From Myxococcota bacterium (lineage in GTDB: Bacteria; Myxococcota_A; UBA9160; UBA6930), in contig OZ245015.1 in assembly GCA_965223705.1 (NCBI GenBank), forward strand, positions 2,752,001 to 2,816,000: DNA of 64,000 nucleotides, written 5' to 3'. Shown in pieces: positions 18,788-30,726 of the stretch (the stretch's first letter is position 1; each line of letters starts with the position of its first letter). A program made the translations under genes and the position numbers. The notes beneath the pieces were generated by a model. The model had not been told where the DNA came from. It did no database searches and worked only from the letters and a program-made list of their open reading frames with translations.

Positions 18788-20314
18788 ATGGCAACCAAGC
18801 GGCTTCCCCTTCGCGAGAAATATCAGCACCTGACCCGCGGGCTCGACTGGGAGACGACCTACCGCTCGATGGACGAGGTCTTCCCGTACGACACCTACGA
18901 GGGGATCAAGATCAAAGATTGGGATCGCTGGGAGGACCCCTTCCGTCTGACGGTGGACGCCTACTGGAAGTACCAGGCCGAGAAGGAACGCAAGCTCTAC
19001 GCCATCCTCGACGCTTTCTCACAGAACAACGGCCACCTGAACCTTTCGGACGCCCGCTACCTCTCCGCGGTGAAGCTGTGGATCCAGGGGATCACCCCCC
19101 TCGAGTACGGCGCGCATCGAGGCTTCGCCCGCATGGGGCGCGCGTTCCGCGGCGCCGGAGCGCGCGTCGCGTGTCAGATGCAGTCGATCGACGAGCTGCG
19201 CCACGCCCAAACCCAGCTCCACGCCTTCAGCCACTACAACAAGTACTTCAACGGCATGCACCAATGGGTGCACATGCGCGACCGCGCCTGGTACCTCTCG
19301 ATTCCGAAGTCTTTCTTCGAAGACGCGATGACGGCGGGACCCTTCGAGTTCGTCACCTCGATCTCGTTCGCCTTCGAGTACGTCCTGACGAACCTCCTCT
19401 TCATGCCCTTTGTGTCCGGCGCCGCCCACAACGGTGACATGGCCACCACGACCTTCGGGTTCTCGGCGCAGTCCGACGAATCCCGCCACATGACCCTCGG
19501 CCTCGAGGTCGTGAAGTTCATGCTCGAGCAGCACGAAGACAACGTGCCCATCGTCCAGGGCTACCTCGACAAGTGGTTCTGGCGCGGGTACCGCCTCCTG
19601 GTCCTCGTGGGGACCATGATGGACTACATGCTGCCGAAGAAAGTGATGTCCTGGCAGGAGGCCTGGGAGATCTACTGGGAGGAGAACGGAATCGCCCTCT
19701 TCCACGACTTGGGCCGCTACGGGATCGAGCTTCCGAAGCACCATGAGGTTGCGACGAAGGAAAAAGGCCGCGTGACCCATGAAGCGTGGGCGACGCTCTA
19801 TTCCTTCCGCAACGCCACGGGCTTCCACAGCTGGATTCCGGAGACCCATGAGCTCGACTGGATGTCCGAGAAGTACGGGAGCCTCTTCGACGAGCTCTAC
19901 CGACCGCGGCTCGAGCACTGGCGCGGGCTCGAAGAAGCTGGCACTCCCTTCTTTGGTAACGTGCTGCCCCTGGTCTGCCAGACTTGTCAGATCCCCGATT
20001 TCTTTACCGAGCCCGACGACCCGCGCAAGCCGTGCGTGCGCGAAACGCAGTACCGCGGCATGCACTTCACGTTCTGCTCCGACGGCTGCAAAGACATCTT
20101 CGAGAACGAGCCTGAGAAATACGTCCAGGCCTACATTCCGCCCCAACAGATCTACCAGGGCAACTGCGGCGGGGCGAAGGACATCGCCGAATACGCGAAG
20201 TGGCTGGCGCTCGAGATGGGTGTCGACACCGGCGGATTCGAGGGCTCGCCGGATGCCGAAAACTGGAAGCGCTGGCGCGGCGGCGAAGCTTCTGGCGAAG
20301 GCGCGGCGGCGTAG
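18788..20314 (+). CDS. dmpN: Phenol hydroxylase alpha (di-iron) subunit, DmpN-like
   Basis: WEDPFRLT, di-iron motifs PLEY, DELRH, FEY, DESRH; CQTCQIP and FCSDGC zinc site. Confidence 0.96.
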   Translation: MATKRLPLREKYQHLTRGLDWETTYRSMDEVFPYDTYEGIKIKDWDRWEDPFRLTVDAYWKYQAEKERKLYAILDAFSQNNGHLNLSDARYLSAVKLWIQGITPLEYGAHRGFARMGRAFRGAGARVACQMQSIDELRHAQTQLHAFSHYNKYFNGMHQWVHMRDRAWYLSIPKSFFEDAMTAGPFEFVTSISFAFEYVLTNLLFMPFVSGAAHNGDMATTTFGFSAQSDESRHMTLGLEVVKFMLEQHEDNVPIVQGYLDKWFWRGYRLLVLVGTMMDYMLPKKVMSWQEAWEIYWEENGIALFHDLGRYGIELPKHHEVATKEKGRVTHEAWATLYSFRNATGFHSWIPETHELDWMSEKYGSLFDELYRPRLEHWRGLEEAGTPFFGNVLPLVCQTCQIPDFFTEPDDPRKPCVRETQYRGMHFTFCSDGCKDIFENEPEKYVQAYIPPQQIYQGNCGGAKDIAEYAKWLALEMGVDTGGFEGSPDAENWKRWRGGEASGEGAAA

Positions 20315-20324
20315 GCGCGGAGCG

Positions 20325-20687
20325 ATGGCGGTCAAGCACCTCGGCGATTCGTACGATTTCCCGCCGGCGAACGCCGTCGAGAACTACGGCGGCGCCATCA
20401 ATCTCTACTTCGTCTGGGAGGACCACCTCCTCTTCACCTGCCCGATGGCGGTCCCCGTGCCTCCGGACATGCCCTTCCGCATCTTTGTGTCAGATGTCAT
20501 GAAGCTCTGTTACGCGGCGCATCCGGATTTTGAGAAGATCGACTGGGCCGCCGTAGAATGGACTCACGAAGGGCAGGACTGGAAACCGGATTTCGACGCT
20601 ACCCTTGTCGAGAACGGTTTGCACCATATGTCCTACTTTAAGTTCCGCACCCCGGGCCTCGAGGGCCTGGACGATCGAAAGATCTGA
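20325..20687 (+). CDS. dmpO: Phenol hydroxylase gamma subunit, DmpO-like
   Basis: YDFPP..ENY, WEDHLLF, PPDMPF, YAAHPDF.KIDW, FRTPGL.G. Confidence 0.9.
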   Translation: MAVKHLGDSYDFPPANAVENYGGAINLYFVWEDHLLFTCPMAVPVPPDMPFRIFVSDVMKLCYAAHPDFEKIDWAAVEWTHEGQDWKPDFDATLVENGLHHMSYFKFRTPGLEGLDDRKI

Positions 20688-20698
20688 GAGGAGAGACC

Positions 20699-21442
20699 AT
20701 GGCCGAATCACGCGCAGCGGCGATCACCCGCGACCTCATCAAGGCGTTCAACGACATTGTCGCCAAACACAACATCACCCATGCGGAGTATCGCGCGGGG
20801 ATCGATTTCATCGGCGAAGCGGTCGCCAAGGGCGAGCAATCGTTGCTCCCCGACGCGTTCCTCGAGGCCGACGTCGTCGCTCACGATGCTCTGGCACAGC
20901 AGGGAACGTTCAGCCAGGTGCTCGGGCCCTACTACCTGCCGGATGCTCCCTGGCTCGAGAACGGCCAACTTGCGAGTGCGGATGAGCCCGGCGACCGCCT
21001 GGTGTTGCACGGCATCGTGCGGGGTACCGACGGGAAGCCGCTCGAGAATGCGGTTCTCGATTTCTGGCAGTGCGACGCGAAGGGCGCCTACTCGAACTTC
21101 AACCCCGGCACGAAGGACGGCAATCTGCGCGGTCGGATGAAGAGCAACAAGGACGGCAGCTACGAACTCCATACGGTGGTTCCCGCCGCCTACACGATCC
21201 CGCATGAAGGTCCGACGGGCAGGCTCCTGAATGAGCTGGGACGGCACCCCTGGCGCCCGGCCCACATCCACCTGCTCGCCTCTCACGATGGCTTCCGGCC
21301 GCTCACGACGCAGATCTACTTCGAGGGCGATCAGTACCTCGATTCGGACGCGGTGGGAGCAGCTCGGCCGGAGCTTTCCATCGCGCTCAAAGGCGGCGGA
21401 GACAAGACGGCCGAGTTCGATATCGAGCTCGAAGCCGCGTGA
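20699..21442 (+). CDS. Intradiol (chloro)catechol 1,2-dioxygenase, short type
   Basis: GPYY, DFWQCDAKGAYS, YTIPHEGPTG, HPWRPAHIH (Tyr/Tyr/His/His Fe ligands); 247 aa with a short N-terminal dimerisation domain as in ClcA/TfdC-type enzymes. Confidence 0.88.
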   Translation: MAESRAAAITRDLIKAFNDIVAKHNITHAEYRAGIDFIGEAVAKGEQSLLPDAFLEADVVAHDALAQQGTFSQVLGPYYLPDAPWLENGQLASADEPGDRLVLHGIVRGTDGKPLENAVLDFWQCDAKGAYSNFNPGTKDGNLRGRMKSNKDGSYELHTVVPAAYTIPHEGPTGRLLNELGRHPWRPAHIHLLASHDGFRPLTTQIYFEGDQYLDSDAVGAARPELSIALKGGGDKTAEFDIELEAA

Positions 21443-21449
21443 AACCCAC

Positions 21450-21482
21450 ACACGACGGCGTCCCTGAACGGCGCCGTCGTGT
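21450..21482. terminator. Hairpin between the convergent dioxygenase and dehalogenase genes
   Basis: 11-bp perfect inverted repeat ACACGACGGCG / CGCCGTCGTGT; no U-tract. Confidence 0.55.
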
Positions 21483-21490
21483 ATCGCCCC

Positions 21491-23689
21491 CTAGCCTCGG
21501 CCCGCTCGCTCTCGGTAGGCCGCCATCCCGAGCTTCCGATCCGGAGGCGTCGGCGGATCGTCGGGCTTCGGCTGAAGCTCCGGGGGATAGCACGCGAGCT
21601 TCTGATCCGTCGGTTGTTCGCGGAAGTTGAGCTGCCGCGCGTTTACCCGCTGCGCGGGGACGAGATTGCCCTCTTCGTCGGAGTCGATATCCCACCACCA
21701 CTTCTTCACGGGGTTGATCCGGCCGTTCCCGACCTTGTCATCGAGCTTCGCGATCCACTCGCGTGTGAAGGGCAGCTTCATCGCCGACCACAAGAACGGA
21801 CGCTCCGGGAGGATGCCCTCGAGGTTAAACGGGCAGGTCTTCATGCAGCGGCCGCACATCGATCCCGAAGAGTTCGTGATCCGGTAACGCGCACACTTTT
21901 CGACATCGGGTTTCCAGATCTCATACCCGTTGAACATGATCTTGTCGCCGAAGGGAATCGCCGAGGTCGGGCATTCCCGCGCGCACTTGTTGCAGCGATT
22001 GCAGAAATCCTGCAGTCCGAAATCGATCGGCATGTCGGGCGCGAGCGGCATGTCCGTCGTAATGATCCCGGACTTGAAGCGAGGACCGACAAAGGGGTTC
22101 AGCACGAGTTCACCGATCCGGGCGAGCTCGCCCAGACCCGCGAGCAGAATGAGCGGGATGTGCAGAACGTCCTGATCGATCACGCTGTGGCCCCGAGCCG
22201 AGAAGCCCAGCCGGCGCAGTTGATCCGCGACGACGCCGCCCACGAGCTGAGCCCGCATGTAGGCGCGCATGCTTTGCGCGCCGGAGATCCAGTCGTCGCC
22301 GCTGCCGCCCTCCATCGTTTCGTAGCCCTGATCGACCAGGATGGCGATGCCATACTTGTGGTAGGGCTTGATCTCCGAACCGTCGGTGTCGTGGGAATAC
22401 CACGCGTAGTCGGGCACCTCACAAATCCCGACCATATCAGCGCCCATATAGTGGAGGGCCGCCTTCACCATCTTCGCGTTCTTCACCGGATCGTCGTAGC
22501 CGGGCGCGATCTCGTGCGCCTCTTTCCCGTACTGAAGCGGCACCATGCCGCCGAGCACCGGGATCATCGCGTGCCCAAACGGCGATTTGGTGATCATTCG
22601 AAAGTTGTCGAGCTCGTGCTTCGCCTTGTCGCCGAGATCTCCGATCGCCGCGCGCAAGAACATGTCCGCACGCTTCGGATTGCGTTTCACCTGCTCGGGC
22701 TCGATGTGCGTGGTGGGCTTCTCGACCCGGTCGACCTTCTCCATCGGGTAAAGGCCCATGTGAAACGGTCGGTCGCGGAAGAGCCGGCCTTGATAACCGG
22801 CCCGCGCGCCCCCGTAGCCGAGCCACCAACCGGGACCGTGCGCCTTCCATCGTTCCGCAACGTCGCGTCGCGCGAGGGCTCCGTCTGGCTCGAGGGCGAG
22901 GGTTGTGGTCACGGCGACGACGCCGAAACCCGCGCCGAGATACGGGCTCACCACGTCGCCAGCGTCGCCCAGCTCCCCGAGTCCGGAGGCCAGTAGGAGA
23001 GCCTCGAGATCGACCTCTGTCGCGGTGCCCGTATGCAACGTCGCGTCGTAACCGAGAAAGCGCAGGTAGTTGGAGACGACGGCCCCCACCTCGGCTGCTC
23101 GGAGCGCTGCGCGCTGCGCTTGGGTTCCGACGATCCAGGGACCGCCGGGCTCGTCCGGATCGGGACGGCGCGTGTACTCCGCGAGGATGACGAGTGACGA
23201 GACGTGCGACGAGAGATCATCGGTGGCCTGCTGCTCTCGCGCCCACGCACCCCGACCCTCACGGACACTCGCTTCGGCCATCACGTTCTCGGCAGAGCCC
23301 GCCGCATATTCCTGCGACACAGCCAGGGCGAGCGACTCGTTCACAATCGGATCGGCGAGGATGGCTCGTGACGGAAGCCCGCAGACACCGGCCATGCTGG
23401 CGTCGAGGTAGTAGCAAGCCGCCTTCAGGTGGGCAGCGCGTTCTCCTGGGTCCTCGGGAATGGGACCGGTTTTCGGCGCCACCGGGCCGCGACGCATCCG
23501 GTCCATGATGTCGATGTAGGTACGCATCGAGTTGGCGAGTGCTGCCGGGTTCTCCGGGTCCTCGATGGAGAGTGCCGGGCGCCGCTTCTCAATTCGCGAG
23601 GCGCCTCCGTCGTCCGGGAGGCGGGCCAGGCGTTCGAGCGGATACGGACCGAGATGGACCGGACGTTTTCGATGAGAGAACATGCGCAT
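21491..23689 (-). CDS. rdhA: Catabolic (non-respiratory) cobalamin-dependent reductive dehalogenase, NpRdhA/BhbA-like
   Basis: N-terminus MRMFSHRKRPVHLGPYPLERLAR with no TAT leader; duplicated cobalamin-fold halves; GDDWISGAQSMRAY, GLGELARIG, NPFVGPRFKSG; Fe-S motifs CNRCNKCARECP and CGRCMKTCP; KKWWWD. Confidence 0.93.
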   Translation of the reverse strand: MRMFSHRKRPVHLGPYPLERLARLPDDGGASRIEKRRPALSIEDPENPAALANSMRTYIDIMDRMRRGPVAPKTGPIPEDPGERAAHLKAACYYLDASMAGVCGLPSRAILADPIVNESLALAVSQEYAAGSAENVMAEASVREGRGAWAREQQATDDLSSHVSSLVILAEYTRRPDPDEPGGPWIVGTQAQRAALRAAEVGAVVSNYLRFLGYDATLHTGTATEVDLEALLLASGLGELGDAGDVVSPYLGAGFGVVAVTTTLALEPDGALARRDVAERWKAHGPGWWLGYGGARAGYQGRLFRDRPFHMGLYPMEKVDRVEKPTTHIEPEQVKRNPKRADMFLRAAIGDLGDKAKHELDNFRMITKSPFGHAMIPVLGGMVPLQYGKEAHEIAPGYDDPVKNAKMVKAALHYMGADMVGICEVPDYAWYSHDTDGSEIKPYHKYGIAILVDQGYETMEGGSGDDWISGAQSMRAYMRAQLVGGVVADQLRRLGFSARGHSVIDQDVLHIPLILLAGLGELARIGELVLNPFVGPRFKSGIITTDMPLAPDMPIDFGLQDFCNRCNKCARECPTSAIPFGDKIMFNGYEIWKPDVEKCARYRITNSSGSMCGRCMKTCPFNLEGILPERPFLWSAMKLPFTREWIAKLDDKVGNGRINPVKKWWWDIDSDEEGNLVPAQRVNARQLNFREQPTDQKLACYPPELQPKPDDPPTPPDRKLGMAAYRERAGRG

Positions 23690-23699
23690 GAGCGAAAAC

Positions 23700-26174
<2,475 letters not shown>

Positions 26175-26178
<4 letters not shown>

Positions 26179-26522
26179 CCTCGGGCTTCCTCCTGGGTGG
26201 TCGATGGGCAAGTCCGTTGGCAACGGGCAAAGGAACGGTCGCACGCCATGGTGTCGTGGCCCCTCGAACGGCAGCGCGTTCGGATTCGCGTGCACGACGC
26301 CTCGCAGGAGTCCCCCGACGCGCAGGATTCGAGGCACGCTCGGAGCTCCTCGACGCAGATCCCGCCGGAGTCGCGCGTACATCCGCGAAAAACCGTCTGG
26401 CAGCGCGGTTCGCAAGTCGATCGACCGGATGATGAACCACCGGGCGCCGGTGCGCAGCCGAGGGCGACCAGGACGCACAGGACGCCGCGACCGAAAAGAC
26501 GGTACCCGCCCCGCGCACTCAC
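26175..26522 (-). CDS. Cys-rich putative lipoprotein (two CX3CX6C-Xn-CX6CX3C repeats)
   Basis: Lipobox-like LVALGC; 12 regularly spaced Cys; GTGA overlap with the pcaF stop and ATGA overlap with the CMD start. Confidence 0.7.
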
Positions 26523-27724
26523 ACCGCTTCGAGGGCTATGGCTATGCCCTGGCCGACGCCGATGCACATCGTCGCCAGCGCGAGCTTTTCTCCCCGCTCC
26601 TTGAGCTCGAGCGCCGCGGTCCCGACGATGCGCGCGCCGGTCATTCCGAGCGGGTGTCCCAAGGCGATGGCGCCACCGTTCGGATTGACGTGCTCGGCGT
26701 CGTCCGGGAGGCCGAGCTCGCGCAACACCGCAAGGCCCTGACTCGCGAACGCCTCGTTGAGCTCGATCACGGAGAAATCCGAGGGCTTTAAAGACAGCCG
26801 CTCGCAGAGCTTTTGCGTCGCCGGCGACGGCCCGATGCCCATGACGCGCGGAGGGACACCCGCCGCCGCGCCGCCCAACACCCGCGCGATGGGCGTGAGC
26901 CCGTGCTTCGCGGCGCCGGCCTCTGACGCCACCACCAACGCCGCCGCGCCGTCGTTCACGCCCGAGGCATTTCCCGCGGTGACAGTGCCCGGTTGTCGGA
27001 AAGGCGTCGGCAGCTTCGCCAGCTGTTCGGCCGTCGTGTTCGGTCGCGGGTGCTCGTCGCTGTCCACCACACGCGGCTCTCCTTTTCTGACCGGAACCGT
27101 TACGGGGGTGATCTCCAAGGCGAGTCGGCCCGAGCCCGCGGCGCGTCCCGCCTTGTGTTGAGAACGAAGGGCGAACGCGTCTTGGTCGGCGCGGGAGACG
27201 GCAAAATCTTCGGCGACGTTTTCCCCCGTCTCGGGCATCGAGTCGACCCCGTACTGCTTTTTGAGCACCGGGTTGATAAAGCGCCAACCGATAGTGGTGT
27301 CGTAGATCTCGGGATTTCTCGCGAAGGCCGTCTCGGCCTTGGGCATCACAAAGGGAGCGCGTGACATGCTCTCGACTCCCCCGGCCACGGCGAACTCCGC
27401 TTCGCCGGCGCGAATCGCCCGCGCGGCGGTCAGCAGCGCATCCATCCCGGATCCGCACAACCGGTTGATCGTTCCGCCGGGAATATTCTCCGGTAGTCCG
27501 GCCAACAGCAGTGCCATGCGCGCGACGTTTCGATTGTCTTCCCCCGCCTGATTCGCGCAGCCGTAGAGCACGTCGTCGAGAGCTTCCCAGTCGACGCCCG
27601 GATTGCGCTCGAGCAGTGCGCGCAGCGGGATCGCGGCGAGGTCATCCGTACGCACCGAAGACAGCACACCACCAAAACGGCCAATGGGGGTGCGGATGTA
27701 GTCGCAAATGAAGGCTTCCGGCAT
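26519..27724 (-). CDS. pcaF: 3-oxoadipyl-CoA thiolase
   Basis: GCANQAGEDNRNVARM, NRLCGSG, YDTTIGWRF, NEAFASQ, GHPLGMTGAR, MCIGVGQG. Confidence 0.93.
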   Translation of the reverse strand: MPEAFICDYIRTPIGRFGGVLSSVRTDDLAAIPLRALLERNPGVDWEALDDVLYGCANQAGEDNRNVARMALLLAGLPENIPGGTINRLCGSGMDALLTAARAIRAGEAEFAVAGGVESMSRAPFVMPKAETAFARNPEIYDTTIGWRFINPVLKKQYGVDSMPETGENVAEDFAVSRADQDAFALRSQHKAGRAAGSGRLALEITPVTVPVRKGEPRVVDSDEHPRPNTTAEQLAKLPTPFRQPGTVTAGNASGVNDGAAALVVASEAGAAKHGLTPIARVLGGAAAGVPPRVMGIGPSPATQKLCERLSLKPSDFSVIELNEAFASQGLAVLRELGLPDDAEHVNPNGGAIALGHPLGMTGARIVGTAALELKERGEKLALATMCIGVGQGIAIALEAV

Positions 27725-27740
27725 GGCATTCTCCAGAGGG

Positions 27741-28502
27741 CTAGCGAGACGCTTCGCTCCGCGCGTGGAGCTCGCGAAGAACTCCGAGTTCCTCGGGGCT
27801 CGCCGGCGGCGTCTCGGCGAGATCGCTTGCGAAGCGAACGTCCCAACCGACGGTTTCGGTGACCGCCTCGCGCGTCACGCCGGGGTGAAGCGAGGTCACG
27901 CAGAATTCCTTGGTCTCCGGATCGGGCTCCCAGAGCGCCAGGTCCGTGATGAGGCGCGTCGGGCCGGCCGTGGTCAGGCCGTGTTCTCGGCGGTCTCGTC
28001 CACCGCGGCCGTGTCCCATCGACGTGACGAAGTCGATTTCGCGCACGAAGCCTCGGGTCGACTGCTTCATCGTGATGAAGATCTCATGGCAACACGAAGC
28101 GATCTCGGGAGCACCGCCGCCGCCGGGAAGACGCACGCTCGGGCTCGCATAGGGACCGACAACGGTCGTGTTGATATTGCCAAAGCGGTCGAGCTGCGCC
28201 GCCCCGAGAAAGCCCACGGTCACGTGCCCGCCCTGCAACCAGTAGCGAAACATCTCGGGGACCGAGACCGTCGTCAGAGCCGTGTCACACAGCTCCCCGT
28301 CGCCGATCGAAAGCGGCAGAACGCGGGGCTCGGTCCCGATGGTTCCGCTTTCGTAGATCAGGGTGATTCCCGGCGCGTGCGTCAACCGCGCGAGATTGCA
28401 CGCCGCTGACGGCGCGCCGATGCCGACGAAGCAGACATCGTCGGATGAAAGCGCCCGCGCGGCGGCGATGGTCATCATTTCGTTCGGCGTCGCGTCGCTC
28501 AC
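27741..28502 (-). CDS. catJ: 3-oxoadipate CoA-transferase subunit B (CatJ/GctB type)
   Basis: EMMTIAAAR, CFVGIG, LIYESG, LPLSIGDG, GFLGAAQLDRFGNINTT, RLPGGGGAPEIA. Confidence 0.88.
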   Translation of the reverse strand: MSDATPNEMMTIAAARALSSDDVCFVGIGAPSAACNLARLTHAPGITLIYESGTIGTEPRVLPLSIGDGELCDTALTTVSVPEMFRYWLQGGHVTVGFLGAAQLDRFGNINTTVVGPYASPSVRLPGGGGAPEIASCCHEIFITMKQSTRGFVREIDFVTSMGHGRGGRDRREHGLTTAGPTRLITDLALWEPDPETKEFCVTSLHPGVTREAVTETVGWDVRFASDLAETPPASPEELGVLRELHARSEASR

Positions 28503-29350
28503 GAGCGAAGTCCGCGCACGCGTTCTGCGAAGACCTCGGGCCCGACCTCCAGAACATGCTCTTCCATGTACCGGCGGAACGCGTCCCGGTCGGAAGCCAC
28601 CTTGTCCCACGCGACGTAGGCCGCGTTGTCGCGGTCGTAATAGCCCCGCGCGTAGGACGGGTGGGCACCGCCGGGTACGCAAACGATCGCGCCGACACAA
28701 AACCGGGGCAGCACGCACGCGTTCGGATGCAGTTCATCGAACTCCTCGACGATTTCCTCCACGGTCACGACGTTGCGTTTTGCCGCGAGCACCGTCTGCT
28801 TCTGCACACCGAGGATGCCTTCGAGCAACACGTCGCCGCGGCGGTTCGCTTTCTGCGCGTGGATCACGCCAACATCTGGATTGATCGCCGGGATCGCCGC
28901 AAGCGATTCCCCGGTGAACGGACAGGTCACGTCCCGAATCGTCGGCGTCACCGCGCGCAGACCCGCTCCCACGTAGCCCCGAAAGACGGCGAAGGGCAGT
29001 TTCGCCGCTCCGGCTTCGTACGCGTTGGCCATCGCCGCGTGAGAGTGCTCCTCGATTTCGAGGGCAACCGGCCACTCCTTTTCAACCGCGTCTCGCAACC
29101 GCCGCAGGAGCCCGACGCCGGGATTCCCCGCGTACGAGAAGATCAGCTTCCGGGCGCAACCCGTGCCGATCATCTGGTCGTAGATGAGGTCCGGCGTCAT
29201 GCGAACCAACGTGAGATCGCGCCGCCCTTGACGGATGGTCTCGTGCGCAGCCGCGTGAGGAATGAGGTGCGTGAAGCCCTCGAAGGCCACGCAATCTCCA
29301 TCGCGGATGTTCTCGGCAATGGCCTCGGCGAGCGACTGAAAAACCGCCAT
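28499..29350 (-). CDS. catI: 3-oxoadipate CoA-transferase subunit A (CatI/GctA type)
   Basis: AFEGFTHLIP, RMTPDLIYDQ, GNPGVG, EEHSHA, GAHPSYA.GYYDRD. Confidence 0.88.
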   Translation of the reverse strand: MAVFQSLAEAIAENIRDGDCVAFEGFTHLIPHAAAHETIRQGRRDLTLVRMTPDLIYDQMIGTGCARKLIFSYAGNPGVGLLRRLRDAVEKEWPVALEIEEHSHAAMANAYEAGAAKLPFAVFRGYVGAGLRAVTPTIRDVTCPFTGESLAAIPAINPDVGVIHAQKANRRGDVLLEGILGVQKQTVLAAKRNVVTVEEIVEEFDELHPNACVLPRFCVGAIVCVPGGAHPSYARGYYDRDNAAYVAWDKVASDRDAFRRYMEEHVLEVGPEVFAERVRGLRS

Positions 29351-29392
29351 GCGCCCGAGTATAGGCGCGCCCCCGGATCGTCAGTAGCGCGC

Positions 29393-30286
29393 TCAGCCGA
29401 GCGGCTTCAGGCCGGCGTCCTCCGCACATACGCGACCTAAGCCCGCCCAGTCGAACTCGTGATAACCGCGCGCCAAGGCTGTCAGGAACTGGTCGCGGAC
29501 CAAGCTTCCGAGCGGCATCGGCACAGTGTTGGCTTCGGCAGCGGAGAGCGCGAGCTTCACGTCCTTGAGACCGAGCGGAAGCTTGAAGCCCGCGGGCTCG
29601 TAGGTGTCTCTGGCCACCATCCCGCCGTACGTCTTGTAGACCGGTGCCGGGAAGATGGTGCTGGTCAAGATCTCGAGAAACGCTTCCGGGTCGATCCCGT
29701 AGGTTCGGGTCAACGCGAACGCCTCGCCCAAGCTCTCGCAAAGCGCGGCGAGCATGAAGTTCCCCCCGATCTTGACGATGTTCGCTGCGACCGGGTCCTC
29801 CCCTACGACGAAGTGGCGTTGACCGACCGCCGCAAACGCCGGTTCGCAGGCGGCGATCGCGGTGGGCGACCCCGCCGCGACGACGAAGAGTTGCCCCGCG
29901 GCTGCGGCGGGTGGCCTTCCGAAGACCGGAGCCGAAACATAACCCTGGCCAGCCTTCCCGTGAGCGTCCGCCAACTGGCGTCCCATATCGACACTGATCG
30001 TGGCCATGCAAGCGTGGACGGCGCCGGTCTCGAGCCCCGCCAACACTCCGCGATCGCCGAAGGTCACCGCCTCGGTCGCAGCATCGTCGGCGAGGATGCT
30101 CAAGACAGCCTCCGCTCCGCGACACGCGTCGGCGGGCGTTTCGACCGCGACGGCGCCGTCGTCGACGAGCGCCTCAGCGCGACTTCGGGTGCGGTTGTAC
30201 ACGCGCACCGCGTGACCCGCCGAGAGCAGGTTCCGCACCATGCCCTCCCCCATCGCGCCGACTCCTACGAAACCGAATTGACCCAT
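29393..30286 (-). CDS. NAD(P)-dependent oxidoreductase, beta-hydroxyacid dehydrogenase family
   Basis: GFVGVGAMG Rossmann motif, YNRT, SAPVFGRP, KIGGN, GLKDVKLAL. Confidence 0.88.
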   Translation of the reverse strand: MGQFGFVGVGAMGEGMVRNLLSAGHAVRVYNRTRSRAEALVDDGAVAVETPADACRGAEAVLSILADDAATEAVTFGDRGVLAGLETGAVHACMATISVDMGRQLADAHGKAGQGYVSAPVFGRPPAAAAGQLFVVAAGSPTAIAACEPAFAAVGQRHFVVGEDPVAANIVKIGGNFMLAALCESLGEAFALTRTYGIDPEAFLEILTSTIFPAPVYKTYGGMVARDTYEPAGFKLPLGLKDVKLALSAAEANTVPMPLGSLVRDQFLTALARGYHEFDWAGLGRVCAEDAGLKPLG

Positions 30287-30359
30287 GCGAATTGACCTCC
30301 CGGGTAGTCCGGAGCACCCTACCACGCGACTTGAGCGACGCGTTCCCCGAGTCGGTTGG

Positions 30360-30722
30360 CTAGCCCAGAACGAGATGGAGCTTGAGCGCCAGCCCGAGGT
30401 CACCCGACAAGTGAATCCGGCGTTCGAGGAGGGCTCGCGGCGCGGCCAGGCGACCGGCATTCAAGTCGCGCCAGTCACGCACCGACACCCGAACGCGGAG
30501 GTCCGGATTCGCGAGCTTGCCGTTCGTCCCCCGCGCGGCACCGTTCTCGAGAATCACCCCGAACACTCCGCCGCCTTCTCCGACCAGCGTAAATTCGATC
30601 CCCGCCGGTTTTTTCGGAAGCCGCCCGCGCCGGTCCGGATCCGCCGCGACCCGTTCGGGCACCCAGCGACAGAAGAAATCCTCGGGTTCGATGTCCTCGG
30701 GCGGTTTCGCGCGATCGTCCAC
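30360..30722 (-). CDS. SCP2 sterol/lipid-binding domain protein
   Basis: FTLVGEGGG, PDLRVRVS..DW, RRIHLSGDLGLALKL pattern; GTG start inferred. Confidence 0.7.
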   Translation of the reverse strand: MDDRAKPPEDIEPEDFFCRWVPERVAADPDRRGRLPKKPAGIEFTLVGEGGGVFGVILENGAARGTNGKLANPDLRVRVSVRDWRDLNAGRLAAPRALLERRIHLSGDLGLALKLHLVLG

Positions 30723-30726
30723 CGGA

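Noticed and set aside
21491..23689. Respiratory organohalide reductase
   Set aside because: No twin-arginine leader and no rdhB membrane anchor; the size and duplicated N-terminal half match the catabolic class.
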